Assembly: GCF_041146345.1 (NCBI RefSeq)
Contig: NW_027191414.1
Span: 1,178,001-1,242,000, forward strand
DNA from: Neodothiora populina
Taxonomy: Eukaryota
DNA length: 64,000 nucleotides
Direction: 5' to 3'
Shown: positions 1 to 13,429 of the stretch, in pieces
Numbering within the stretch: the stretch's first letter is position 1
Layout of the letters: every line of letters starts with the position of its first letter
Translations under genes and position numbers: made by a program
Notes under the pieces: generated by a model
Told to the model about the DNA's origin: nothing
The model's database searches: none
What the model saw: only the letters and a program-made list of their open reading frames with translations

Positions 1-994
1 GTTTGCTCGACAGAGAGCAAGGAAATCAGAAACACACGGGAGAGGGGTGACTAGTCAATCATGGTACCTGGCGTTTATGGCATTGCTCTGGGCTGGACAG
101 AGGGTATATGGGTGCGGGGCTTTGAAATGATACCACAGAAACCAAGTTATGATACTCGGAGATAACAGTAGTAATGAAGACTCAACTTTACAATCGACGT
201 GCAGGATGGGCATATCTTTCTGTACGGTAGCTTACATTTGTAATTCACACAAGTGAGCCTACTTCTGGGCGAGAGGTAGGAAGGAGAGCGATGACATGTA
301 TGCTGGCAGCGCTAGTCACCGACACTGCACTGCCTCAGAAACCCACCAGTCCTGATGGTGCGTCCAGCACAGGATGTGTATGTTAATGCTCATCAGATAA
401 ACTCTCAGCTTTTGCAATGTAAACAGTGACGAAATGCATGATTATCTGATCTTATCAATCAACAGCCGATGCCGGGATACAAGTATCCTGGGTCGACATG
501 TTTGATGTAGAGACAAACGCGGGGAGCGGAGTTCTAAGCGACGACAGCGTGCAGGGTCAGCACGTCGGTCGGAAGTCTTGTCTGCCGTGTGCACGGATTC
601 ATCGGAGTGATTTAGAGGCAGAACAAAAGGCCCCAATCTCACCCTGAATCGTAATGGACAAGCAAATGATGTGATGCCCTGAACACGGTCGAGCGATACA
701 AAGTGCCTCACGGGATCTGAGGTTTACTGCAAGCTGTGGAAATGAAATGTCCCTCAAATGCCGAGTCTTTCTTGAACAGAATGAGGAGCCTCTGAGAGTG
801 TGAAGCTGCGGCTGCTCGATCCCGTACCGTTTGAACAAAAAAGATAGTTGATAAACACTGATAAGGTCAGGTACAAGTAGTCGTGCTTGCACTTGCCCAT
901 ACGTACCGTATTTGAGTGCAATCTAAGCCACATAATTGCGGCGAAGCTCATGTGTGTGACCAAGGTGACATTGAGAGCCTTGGGAGAGATGTAG

Positions 995-998
<4 letters not shown>

Positions 999-1040
<42 letters not shown>
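999..1040. repeat. (AG)n microsatellite
   Basis: Uninterrupted AG dinucleotide run. Confidence 0.95.
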
Positions 1041-1041
<1 letters not shown>

Positions 1042-1442
1042 CTAGAGATTGGATTTGCAGAGGTGATTTCATCTCCCGAGTCAGGCGGGTCGGCTCTCTT
1101 AGTACACTTAATTAGTACAGTTCACTTGGTGACATGCATGTAGGAGGGTTCGGAGCAAGAGTAGTAATCCATTGTTATTAGTGACCTTTCACGAACCTCA
1201 CAACAGTGGATTCGTTCCCTGGATTTCCCTACGGATATCAGTGTCGCTTCTCCGACAACATACTGTGCAGCCCCTAATAATAATAACAACACTCGTGAAA
1301 ACAGCCATCCACCAACGACACCGGAAGACTGGACGATTTAAACAGGGAACAGCCCCGCCGGGCTCGTAACATCCAACAACGCCTATAACGCAACGAACAG
1401 CAGCAGCAGCAGCAGCAGCATCAGTGAACAGAGGCGCCCGTC

Positions 1443-4400
1443 ATGTCGTCCTCGGCAGGAGGCGGCATCTTCAGCCGTGGAGGAGGCAGCAAGGACAACT
1501 CCATGCGCGGTCTCGTCTCTTTCATTGCCGACCTTAGAAATGCCCGCGCACGCGAACTCGAGGAGAAGCGGATCAACAAGGAGCTGGCCAACATCCGGCA
1601 AAACTTCAAAAAGGGCGCCCTGTCCGGCTACGACAAGAAGAAATATGTCTGCAAACTGCTGTACATCTACATCCTCGGCTGGAACGTCGACTTTGGCCAT
1701 CTCGAGGCCGTCAACCTCGTCAGCGCGACAAAGTACAGCGAGAAGCAGATTGGCTATCTGGCCGTCACGCTGATGTTGCACGAGGAACATGAGTTGCTGC
1801 ACCTGGTCGTCAACAGCATCAGAAAGGACCTGATGGACGTAAATGAACTGAACAATTGTCTCGCTCTACATGCAATTGCCAATGTCGGAGGCAGAGAAAT
1901 GGGAGAGGCGCTCAGTGCGGATGTACATAGACTGCTCATTTCGCCGTATGTTTTTTTTCTTTTCTTTCAAGTCCTTGTCTCTTTCCTCTTCTTTTCTTAC
2001 TCACTGACTGCAACAGCACCTCGAAGCCTTTCGTCAAGAAAAAGGCCGCCCTGACTCTGCTTCGACTATACCGCAAAGCGCCCAGCATCGTACAGGCCGA
2101 ATGGACGGAAAGAATGATCTCCATCATGGACGACCAGGATATGGGAGTCGCCCTGTCGGTGACGTCCCTCGTCATGACCCTTGCCCAGGACGATCCGGAG
2201 CAATATAGGAACTGCTACGTCAAGGCCGCCCAGCGCCTCAAAAGAGTCGTTGTTGACCTGGACTGTCCAGGAGATTATTATTACTACAAAGTCCCGTGTC
2301 CGTGGATACAAGTCAAGCTGCTGCGTATGCTGCAGTACTTCCCGCCCTCCGAGGACACACATACCAGAGCCTTGATCCGCGAGTCGCTGCAGAAAATCAT
2401 GGACAACGCCATGGAGATGCCCAAGAATGTTCAGCAGAACAACGCGCAGAATGCAGTGCTGTTCGAAGCCATCAACCTGGTCATCCACTTGGACACCGAA
2501 CAGGAACTCATGGTCAAGATCTCCGCGAGACTCGGCAAATTCATCCAGTCGAGGGAGACCAACGTGCGATATCTCGGTCTTGAAGCCATGACTCACCTTG
2601 CTGCCCGCTCCGAGACGCTCGATCCCATCAAGAAGCACCAGCAGATCATCATCGGCTCGCTACGAGACAGAGATATCAGTGTCCGTCGACAGGGTCTTGA
2701 TCTGCTCTACAGCATGTGCGACTCTACAAATGCTCGACCCATTGTCGCCGAACTCCTCAAATACCTACAAACCGCCGATTATGCTATTCGGGAAGAAATG
2801 GTCTTGAAAATCGCCATTCTCACCGAAAAGTATGCCACTGACGTCCAGTGGTATGTCGACATTTCCCTGCGACTCATCTCCATGGCCGGAGACCATGTCA
2901 GCGATGAAGTCTGGCAGCGTGTCATTCAGATTGTTACCAACAACGAAGAGCTCCAGGTCTACGCCGCCTCTACCATCCTTGACTATCTCCGCGCCGAGCA
3001 GTGCCACGAGACTCTGATCAAAATCGGCAGTTATCTACTCGGTGAATTCGGTCATTTGGTTGCAGACAGCAAGGGCTGCAGCCCTATCGAGCAGTTCATC
3101 GCTTTGCAGTCAAAGTTCAGCGCTTGCTCGCCTAACACACGTGCCATGATTCTGTCAGCATTTGTGAAGTTTGTCAATCTCTTCCCCGAAATCAAGCCTC
3201 AACTGTTGCAAGCATTCAAGACATATTCGCACACCTTGGATTCTGAGCTGCAACAAAGGGCGTGCGAGTATCTCGCCTTGGCTACCATGCCCACCGATGA
3301 CTTGTTGAGGACCGTCCTTGACGAGATGCCACCCTTCCCTGAGCGCGCAAGTGCATTGCTCAGCAGACTCCACTCGAAACACCACAACACGACAGACAAG
3401 CGAACCTGGGTTGCAGGCGGTAAAGACGCAAACATGGACATCCTGTCTCGCAACAACACTCTGAAGCGGTCATTCTCAGCAGGGAACACTTTGACGACGA
3501 CGCCGACCGGCAACGGCACCGCTCAGGGCGCCAACGGAAATGGCACCACCACTCCGGGTGGCATGAAGACTCCTGGAGAAGAGCTGTCCGGACTCGACTT
3601 CTTCAGTGCCAACGAAGCCAACGGTCAGAAGGCCCCCAACCTGGCTACCGCAACCCATCTGTCTCCAGGCTGGGAGCGCGGTCATGCAATGCTGCTGGCT
3701 CAACCCGAAGGCATTCTCTACGAAGACGGTCAGATTCAAGTTGGTCTGCGGAGTGAGTACCGCGCAGAACTGGGCTGCATCATCTTGTATTTCACCAACA
3801 AATCACCCTCGTCAGCACTCACTTCCTTCACAGCCACATTCAACAATCCTTCGTCCGACAGCTTGAAAATGGACGTGAAAAACCTCCCGGACACACGTAT
3901 CGGACCCGCAGGCCAGACTATGGCCATGGTGATGATAGAGTGCCGTCGACCATTCACACAAGCACCCACGCTGCGCATATCCTGGCTTGCTGGCGCCCTG
4001 CAGGCTTTGACCCTCCAAGTACCTCTGGCGCTGCACAAGTATCTGTCGTCGGCTCCGCTCTCTGCAGAAGACTTCTTCAAGCGCTGGAAGCAGATTGGCG
4101 GCGCTCCGCGTGAGGCACAGAAAATCTTTGCTAGTAAAGATGTCTCGCAAGTGCCCACGAGGCGCATACTAGAGGGGTTCAAATGGGGCATCCTCGACCG
4201 GGTGGATCCGAACGAGAAGAATTTTGTTGCTGCATGTGTTTTGAGTATGAGCGAGCAAGGCAAAGTGGGATGTTTGATGCGACTGGAACCGAACGAGGGA
4301 CAAAAGGTTTGCTTACTTCTTTTCTTGCTTCTTGACATACCAGTAAAGCTAAATTTTCTTCTGCAGATGTATCGTCTCACCATCCGCGCAACAGACGAAA

Positions 4401-4474
4401 GCGTGCCTCCAATCTTGCTTAAGATGATGGAAGAGAGATTGACGCTCGGCGAAGCGCCCTTTTACCCGCCGTAA
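1443..4474 (+). CDS. APL3: AP-2 adaptor complex subunit alpha (alpha-adaptin). Exons 1443-1945, 2017-4306, 4367-4474.
   Basis: N-terminus MRGLVSFIADLRNARARELEEKRINKELANIR and KKKYVCKLLYIYILGW. The intron GTATGT..CTGAC..CAG (1946-2016) joins ISP|TSKPFVKKKAALTLLRLYRK. C-terminal appendage domain present. A second 60-nt GT..AG intron lies at 4307-4366. Confidence 0.95.
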
Positions 4475-5410
4475 AAGGATATGACACACAAACTGCTCTC
4501 TTTTCTTCTCTTCGACTCTGCAATTTGCAGATGGGATGGAAAAGAGGAGCAGAACGTCGAGAGCGAACAGGAAAAGGAAAAGCAGTGTACGAGGCGAGAA
4601 AATGGTGCATATACGCGTAAAAAAGCATGGAGACAGCCAAAAGCAAGCCCTGATCTTCATCTCCTTTTTGCTCGTCAGAGAAGAGAAGTCGTCTCAAGAT
4701 CCTCGATCCCCAATTCTCGAGTCCATTAGAAAGCAAAGAAAAGAAGATATCAAGATCGAAGGAGCAAGACACAGAATGTGCAAACCAATTATCATTCCCT
4801 TTTCTCTTTCTTTTTCTGATCCCCGATTACTCTGTTATCCATCCATCAAGCATTCAATCTATCATCTAGCGAATCATCCAACCTGGCCACACACAAGTTC
4901 AAACTCTACCCCTCTCACCTTCTCCTTTCCTTCGCGGCCTTTTCTCTGTCTACTGTAAAGTAAACCTTGTACTGTACTGTACTTTATCAAAATCCCTCAT
5001 AGTCGATTTTCCTGTTCGTTTATTATCTTGTTCGTTTTGGGGCATGTATGGGGTATACTGTAGTATTGTATGGTAGTACAGTGTAGTGTATGCGAAGACT
5101 GTGTATGATATCTCTCTCTCACAAGCACGAAAGTATATCGCGTCGTATCTTGTAGATCGTGTTGCAATCCAGATAAGATGGTAATTAGTGAATTACCGTA
5201 GCTTACTAGTACTAAAGGTAGAGTATGTATGCTTATAGATTTTACCTGCGCACTGCAGTAAAACATAACAACTGTAGTACAACTTTAGATACTTGAACAA
5301 CAACTTCACTCGAACGAACAAAAAAAAGGCAGATGAATAGTATCTGAAAGGTAGGACGGAGACTTGGACTAAAAAGAGATGTTGGCTGAACGGAAAGGAA
5401 AAAGAAATTG

Positions 5411-5482
5411 AGGTCGTACCCGGAATCGAACCGGGATCACGAGAATCAGAATCTCGTGTGCTAACCATTACACCATACAACC
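5411..5482 (-). tRNA. tRNA-Gln, anticodon CTG, intronless
   Basis: Minus strand reads GGTTGTATGGTGTAATGGTTAGCACACGAGATTCTGATTCTCGTGATCCCGGTTCGATTCCGGGTACGACCT. Acceptor stem GGTTGTA/TACGACC, anticodon arm CGAGA-TTCTGAT-TCTCG, TTCGA T-loop, and a downstream T-run terminator. Confidence 0.96.
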
Positions 5483-5920
5483 TTGCTATTGTGGTTTGCG
5501 CTCTCCAACATCGACTATATACCTACCGTATAAGACAAGGTCATTCTGAGTCTTCTCATTTATAATGTCCTCAATCTTGTGTTGTGCCTAACCTCTGAAG
5601 AAGAGCAAGAACAAACGGTCAGGAAAAAGCATAGATTTATGTTCGGTCAATAATACACTTCTCTCTCTGTCTCTTGCTGTGATGACTAGACCTATCCTGT
5701 AATCGTATATTCGCTTGATATCTCGCCTGCCTGCCTCCCGAACACTATTGCCGCAGTCATCACCACCACCACCACCACCACCAGCACTGTGATGAAATGC
5801 CTTTACTGTCCATCCCTAGAATTTCTATTCCTTCTCTGCGCCACATATATCCTCCAGCGCCGCTCCTTATGCGTGTCTCCACGATACATAGCATGGATCA
5901 ATAGTAGAAAGAAAAGAGCC

Positions 5921-8238
5921 TCAGATATTGGGACTCAACTGATCGTAATTGACGCAATTTTCCACGTTCTGCACACTCGCTTGGAAGAACTTGCGCGCTT
6001 CCAGTCCGGCCCAGACCTTGATCATGCTGAAGTCCACCGCTCCGCCCCGGAGAACGCCTGCTCCTCCTTGTGTTCCTAGTTGTCGAAGAATTGGTAAAGC
6101 GCTGTTTTTGGTCTGTGTCAGTTTGTGTTCGACGACAATAATCGCGGGCAAAGGAAAAAGAAGCACGAACAGGATGAGTGGGGATGGCGGCGAAGAGAAG
6201 AGAAGACTCATCCTCCGAGCAGCCAATCCTCAAACATGATAGGGGAGAGAATATTAACCCACCCGGAAAACAAATCCAGATCAGGATCTAGACTTCGTCC
6301 GATACCCTCCAGCAACAAGATGCTTAACACCACATTCACGAAATCACCTTCTAGACGGACGTGATGCCCGCGGACCATACTCAGCACTTCGTTCAAAATA
6401 TCGCCAATCTTGATGTTTCCAAGAGCAAAAGTTCGAGACTTGACGCCTAAGACGAGATGTTGCATGCGCAGTGCGAAAACCTCCTTGTCGATGACTGCAG
6501 ATGGCTGGCGACATCTTTCGATCATCAGATGACCAGCTTTGTATCCGTCAAACTCGGCGACTGCCTTGAACAAATCGAGGAAATTCTTTCGGTTGCTGTT
6601 GTTGAGCTCTGTCACTAGACCGGTATCAATGAAGATAAGCTGGGGTCGGTAACCTTCCTTGTCGAGTTGATTCAGGGTATCGTTCCATTTTTCCTTGTCT
6701 TCGTGGCCCTTGTGGGGTCGCAATCGGCTGAGCACTTCCTCGGTGACGTCGGGAGCGTTCTTGGGGTCGACCTTTGCTTTACGGGAGAAATGACTTTGGC
6801 CTGGAACATCGAGAGAAGCAGATTTGTAAAAGCGAACCATGATATTGCCAGGGTGCAAATCGGCATGGATGAAGTTGTCAATCAGTAACATATGCAAAAA
6901 TGCATCGAGTCCCTCGTCAGCGATTTCTTTCTGGAAGACACCGCCGCCATTCTGTAGAAAGTCCTCTAACGGAATGCCCTGTGCGAACTCCTCAACGAGG
7001 ACTTGTCTGGAGGTATATTGCGTATACGGATAGGGGAACCAAGCAGTAGTCCTGTCGCGGAAGTTCTTGCGGAAGATGGTCAGGTTTGCGGCCTCGATAC
7101 GGAGATCAAGCTGCAAGCGCATCATTTCTCCAAATTGGTCTACTTCGTCGGGGAAAGAAAGCCATTCCATAGTGGGAACGGCGTTGATGATGCTGGCAAA
7201 GAAAGCCATAATCTTCAAATCTCGCCGCACAATCCTCTCGATATTTGGATGCAAAACCTTGATGGCAACGTAACTGGATGGCACTCGGACAGGAGTGGAT
7301 TTGAGCGCGGTGTCAACGCCTTTACGAAGTCGCTTGCCCAGACTGGCTTCATGTTGCTCGAGTTCGGGGTCGATCTGGCCGGCCAACGAAGGATGCAGCT
7401 TGGCTTTGTATGCTTGTGCAATGGCACCGACACCTAAAGGCTTCTCGTCAAACTCCTCAAATATGTCCTCGAATGGCATGCCAAATGCCCGCTCGATGGT
7501 CTGCTTGGTGACTCGCATACTGTGGGCGGGGGCGTTGGAGTGGAGGCACGACATGATAGCACAGAGTTCAGTAGGGAAGATGTCAGTACGGGATGCAGCC
7601 CACTGGCCTAGCTTGATGAAAGCAGCCCCAGCCCTCTCCATAGAGGAAACAAGAAAGCCATACCACCAAATCGTGCCCCATCTCTCGCCGTCTTTCTTCT
7701 CGTCTCTCTTGCCCACCCAAATCACTGGGATGGTCACGATAACAGGCACAAAGATAATAACCAGATGCAGAAACCTCAATCCAGTAGCCACAGGCTCGAT
7801 GATCCATGTGTCCAGGAAGCGCCATATGCCTCTACGGAATTTCTTGCTACTTCCTAACCAGGAAGGAGCCTCTTGGGCCAATTCTGCCCTCGAGGCTTCA
7901 AGCATGTGTTGTTCGCCCGTCTTGCCATCGTCTTGTCTGTCCTTTTCATCTTTACCGTCTTCATCGTGCTCTGATAGACGAAGTAACGCTGCTGGAGACA
8001 GAGCAGCGGCGGTTCCCCATAGTAGTGCCTTGCTGCCTTTGATTGGTGGCGGTGGCGGCGCGAAGGTGAAGCGGCGATGACGTGTGTTATTGTTGAAAGA
8101 TCTGTAGAATTGGCGAGATGACGACTTGGAGAAAAAGGCTCGGAAATTCTGATTTAACCGAGAAGCAGTCGGTGTGGCTGCTCTCTGTGTCGTTCGTTGA
8201 GTGCATGTCTGCGCCAGGAGGACGGGGGCGCGCATCAT
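5921..8238 (-). CDS. Mitochondrial ABC1/UbiB atypical kinase (Cqd1/ADCK2-like). Exons 8238-6263 and 6101-5921.
   Basis: AFIKLGQW (KxGQ motif), GVGAIAQ, VAIKVLHP, FIHADLHPGNI, FIDTG. Arg/Ser-rich presequence. Intron 6102-6262 (GTGGGT..CTGAC..CAG) joins DLFSG|ALPILRQLG. Confidence 0.9.
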
Positions 8239-8683
8239 CGATAGTGGAAGGAAGGAACGAGGAAAGAAAGGAAGGAGGGCGGAGGGTGTTGTTATACGAC
8301 TATCGTTGGCAGTTCCAGTCCATTTCCTTTCGCTGTGAAATCTACCTGTTTCACGGTAGGATGTATTCAAATCGAATGGACTCAACAAAGCAATTGAATT
8401 CAAGTTGTAGTAATTGTAGCTAAACGTATAGATCTTATCGCTGTGTAGATGTTCCTGATCTTCCCCCCGAAATCTCTGACGTCATCGTCCTGTCACATGC
8501 GATATTCTGCCGCCGTTATTATAAGGATGACTTTTCGTATCCGGTGGCTGCTGGCAATCTGGTCTGCATCACATAACGACGAAAGAGGTTGTCAATGATA
8601 TGACTGTGTATATACTCATGGACCGAGAACTTGCTCTTCTGTATACGACAAGGATCTGAACAGAATGAGATACTTGGAAGGAA

Positions 8684-11600
8684 CTATGATCGGTACATCG
8701 CTCGGAAGAGACTGTTGTCCCTCGACAGCAACTTCTCCGGGCTATCAAACTCGACCAACTGCCCAGCATCGAACACAGCAATCTTAGCCGAATCAATGAT
8801 AGTATCGAGCTGCATTCAAGTCATTAGCTTCTTGCTGTTTGAAATTATCCACGGTCTGGAAAGCTCGACAGTTAGACTTCACTCACCCTGTGTGCTACAC
8901 TGACGATAGTGTAGCCCTGAAAGTGTTCCTTGATAATCCTCTGCACCAGGTTGTCTGTTTCGTTATCCACGCTACTCGTTGCCTCGTCCAGTACTAATAC
9001 CTTGCTCTTGCGAAGCATTGCTCTGGCCAGACAAAACAGCTGCTGCTCACCCTGAGAGAGGGGCTGCTCCGATAGCATTGCATCAAGGCCGCCCCGAGTA
9101 GCCAAAGCCGACCAGACACCGACTTTAGTCAACGCTGATACGATGGAGACATCAGGCGCGAGACCATACGGATCTGCATTGGCGCGTACTGTTCCCGGTA
9201 GGATAAATGGATGTTGCGGTATAGCTATAAGTCTCTGACGGACTGTTTCGCGCGGGACGGTGCCGATATCTATTCCATCGATAGTGATACTGCCAGCACA
9301 TGTCTCGATAAGACCAACTAGAGCAAGTAGCAGTGAGCTCTTGCCGCTGTAAAGTCACCCTGATCAGTCTCGGATATCGACCTCGTAGCTATTGATGCAC
9401 TCACCTGCCACTTCGTCCACAGATTCCTATCTTCTGTCCCGCTTCTATCTTCATGCTGACATCTCTGACACATACTATATCCTTATCGTAAACCGCCGAT
9501 GAACTCTAAACTTCTATTTTGCCCTTGTCAGGCCATGACTTCGGCGGCTCATACCTCTCATCTGGTCCGTGTTCGGAAGGGGTCGTCTCGGTGAATGTCT
9601 TGACTCTAGCGATTGCCCCTAGCGACGTCTCGAGGGACGTCCACGAGGTTACAACCGAAGAGAGCGAGTCGTCGAAGCCGAGAAGGTTATTTATCGCTAC
9701 GCCTAGCAGCGCAGCACTGGTCGTACTATGCAATTTGACCGCGAGTGCCACCACGGTGACCGCTAGTGCAGTGACCATGAGATCAAGAACCAGGTTCAGC
9801 CAACGCTGTTCGCGAAGAAGCAAATAGTAAGGTCGTTGCGAATGATCCAGATTCCGTGCATGTAACTCTTGAGCTTGTTCTTCCCGGCGAAAGGCACGGA
9901 TAGAGACAAGTCCATCTATAGCCTCCATGTATTGAGAGTAAAGTGGACTTCGATTCTCAAGGTCGAGGAAGCGGAGCTGACGACTAGTCCTGAGATACAC
10001 TTTCTGGATACCATATATTGCCGCCAAGGTGAATGGGATAGTGATGGCCATGTACCCTGACCCAGTCGAAATCAGTCCCAGCTTGGCTATGCAATTGAAC
10101 GTCGACGTTACAAAGCTGAACAAGGCAATTGGGAGTGCCAGATCCACCAAGCTCATGTCTTGACTGAATCGGTTCAGAGTGACTCCAGCATCTGTAGAGG
10201 TATGGAACGCTAGCGGCGCACTCATCACTGATCTCAGGAGCCTCTCGTGTAGCCGGATGGCCGACCGAGGCATGATCTCCAAAAACATCATCCATATGCA
10301 ACAAGAAGTGAAGATTGTAGCAGCAACCGCAAGAAGCACGTAGACCGAGAGATACTTACTCAATTCCTGCCCGTTGCTGCTCGACCACCAGTTCAACCAC
10401 ACTTGGGGGAAGTTGTCCGTGAAGGCTGCGGTGGCCATACCAAGGAAAAACACAATCCAAAGCCAGTGGCTTATAGTCCGGAAGTAATAACCATAGGTAG
10501 TCAAATCTCCTGTTCGGCGTGTGAGGTCCATGAGTTTCTCGTCTGCACTTTCCTTGTTACCCCCAGTCCGAGACTCATCATCGTGCGGTCTAGCAGAAGC
10601 CTCGAGTCCGTCATCTTCGATTACCGTATGACTACTGAGCAGAGTTTTGACACGCACAGCATGGTATGGATTTGTACCTGAAATTCTCCTCTCCGAGGTC
10701 AGGACAATGACTTGATCCGCAAGTCCAAAGTACCGAACTGCACAATGACGATAATTTAGTGTCGACTTTGTACACTTCTCTCATCTTCAAGACTCACGTG
10801 AATGTGTAGTCATAATCACTGTTGCGCCCATCCGTCGAAGTAATCCATTGGCGGATAATAGCCGTGAACTAATTATGCTTTGTGTCTTAACATCCAGTGC
10901 ACTAAAAATATCATCCAATAGTACAATGTCTCTTCAAGCGTAGACTGTCCGAGCTAGTGCCTGTGATATCGTTGAGCCATGTAAAATTGTGAAAATTGAA
11001 TAGAAACATACCACTCGCTGCCTCTGTCCACCAGATAGAGTCAAGCCTTTACTACCCACGATGGTGGCATCTCCTTTAGGCCAAAGAGACAAGTCTCGGT
11101 CCAAAGCACAGGCTTGAATCACTGTACTATACCACTTCTCATCTATTGGATCCTTGGATCGCCCACATATGTTGTCTCTTATAGATGCATTCCAGATCCA
11201 CGAAGTCTGGCTACAGTACGAAATGTGCGTAGAGGCAACAAACACATGGCCAGATTCACAACCAATCTCGCCAAGGACTGCTTTCATCAATATCGTTTTG
11301 CCTGAACCCACAGGTCCAGTAACCGCAGTGAAAGACGCTGTTGGGACCGAGAAACTTGCACCAACAATAGCAGGCCTGTGGGCTTTCATAGAAGGAATGA
11401 CTGTGGCGTTCTCGAAGACAATCGCATTCAACTTTCCTGCGGGATTTGCAGTGAGACGAGTCAACTCGATCATAGAGCTCTCTTGGCTATGATCGCAAGG
11501 AGACAGTGCTGGCGCTTCGGTTGTCATTCGGTGCGATCGACCGTCCTTTCTAACATCTGAAACGAGATAGATCTGAAGACGCTTGAAACATCCTTGAACA

Positions 11601-13429
11601 GCCGCAATTTGAGGAAGTACAGCAAGTAGTTTAGCCGCAGGCGTGGTGACAAGGGTGATGATGCTCAAGGATGTGAAGACTTTGACGGGTGTCAACGAGT
11701 CTTTGCCTTCTATCCTGGCCTGAACAGCGAGCTCGAGCTTCTCGGTCAAACCGGATATATTGATCTCTTTCAGAGAGACAAGCATAGATGATGTATTCTT
11801 GACTCGATGCTGGATAGCTTGGTTCCATTTCTGCTGGTTATGTCCTATAGTTTTGGCCACCAGCGTCTGCCCGGCAACGCAAGCTGTAAAGCATAAATCA
11901 GCTTGGTTTGCAACCAGTACAAAGTCTTAGACGAACCGAGTACGACTACCAAGGGCACTATACATATTGCTCCGAGCTGTAAGTCAAGTAGCCAGGTTTC
12001 AATTGCAATCTCGATCGAGCAAGCCCATATCTCATTGATGTTCTCAAGGAATTCAATGATATTGTCGACATCTAACAGGTAACATCAGAGTCCATAGTTC
12101 AAAGCAGGATGCTGGCGCCGATGGCCTGGCTGAATAATATACCGGTGCTCATGAGCGTGAGGGCCGCGTTGTCTGCACAAGAACTCTCCTGCAGGATCAG
12201 AGTCTGGTTGTATAACAACGAAATCATAGCTCCTCGGAACATAATTGTGACACGGGCGAAGCACTGCTTGAAATGTACAGTGCTCATCTGTAATCTGATT
12301 CAGCACAGGAACCTGAACTATCGTGACACGACCTACTGCGACCCCAAAATATACCAAGAAGGCAGCCCCAATTAGACCATAGGCATGACTTTCGATACGA
12401 TTGTCTGCTGATTTTCCCATATAATCAATGGCAGAAGTTATCAGGAATGGCTGGCAGAAGCGAAAGCCTATCATGCACAGTCGAGGGACGACTGCAGCAA
12501 GCAGGTTCCGTCTCAAGCAACCCATAACCCCGATTGGCAATGCGAACTGGCCTCTCAGTTGAACTGCAGATTGTCAGTAGGCTTATGCAAGTCACTGGTC
12601 TGAACGATGTCACCTCGGTTATCCCAAGCGTCCTTAATGCGCTTCGCTAATACCTCTGCCTTGAGGTTTTCATCAATGTCATACAGATCGTTGCTTGTCA
12701 TGAGAGTTCGGGACCCCTTGAAGAAGAGGCCGTTGAGCCACCAGACAAAGCTGAGATTCAAGAGGCCGCTACTGGATTCTGGCGGGTAAGTACAATATGG
12801 TTGTTTGAGGTAAGACACTTTTGAGCGTGATTTGACGACCAGCATCATCACCCTGGTCAGAATACTCGCAATCTGGACTGAAGCAATTGATCTGATGTCT
12901 ATCAACCACAGAGTGCGGATTTGGGCGGCATCAAACACGATAGAAAAGACAAGATAAGCAGCCAATAAAGACGAGGGTCTCTTGGATCTAGTGTCTTCAA
13001 CATATGATAGTCCTAATATAACCATCGCACTGACAAAAGACAAGGCCACAGATGGTACACCTGTATGTGTCGGCTTGCTGGCCAAGGTACACCATAATGC
13101 CAATAAACTTAGCTGTAGAGCGGCGTTCAAGGCAGCGGTTGTCTATGACTTTGATGAATATGTGATTATCCTATAGAGCACAGATCAACACATATGGCCT
13201 TGAGAACATATCGCTTGTGGTTAATGGTCTTCAATTGCGTCTTCGAAAGCCTTAACAATCTTGGGGGAACAAGCAGAAGCAAGAGAACAGACGGGAGGAT
13301 AGACAGAATAGATTGTTCGAATGTAAGAGTGAGATCGAAGCCTCTTGCGCAGCTTGATGGTCCGAACTTTTCCTCAGAGCAACGATGAACGGAATGCAGC
13401 ATGGACATTAGACTGTCGGCCATGTTCAT
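8684..13429 (-). pseudogene. ABCC/MRP-type ABC transporter pseudogene (TMD0-TMD1-NBD1-TMD2-NBD2, multi-exon)
   Basis: FDLTLTFEQSIL N-terminus, Walker A GPVGSGKT and GRSG|SGKSS, LSGGQ and LSQGEQQL signatures, [10 protein letters not shown]. Two in-frame stops: TGA 10934-10936 (ALARTVYA*RDIVLLDD) and TAG 9506-9508 (KIEV*SSS, frame continues to GQKIGICGRSG). First donor reads ATATGT at 13190-13195. Apparent in-frame deletion near 11728-11739. Confidence 0.88.

Noticed and set aside
5193..5480. 95-aa ORF starting MYGVMVSTRDSDSRDPGSIPG
   Set aside because: This is the translated tRNA-Gln gene and its flank.
7295..8080. 261-aa plus-strand ORF
   Set aside because: Antisense to the ABC1 kinase.
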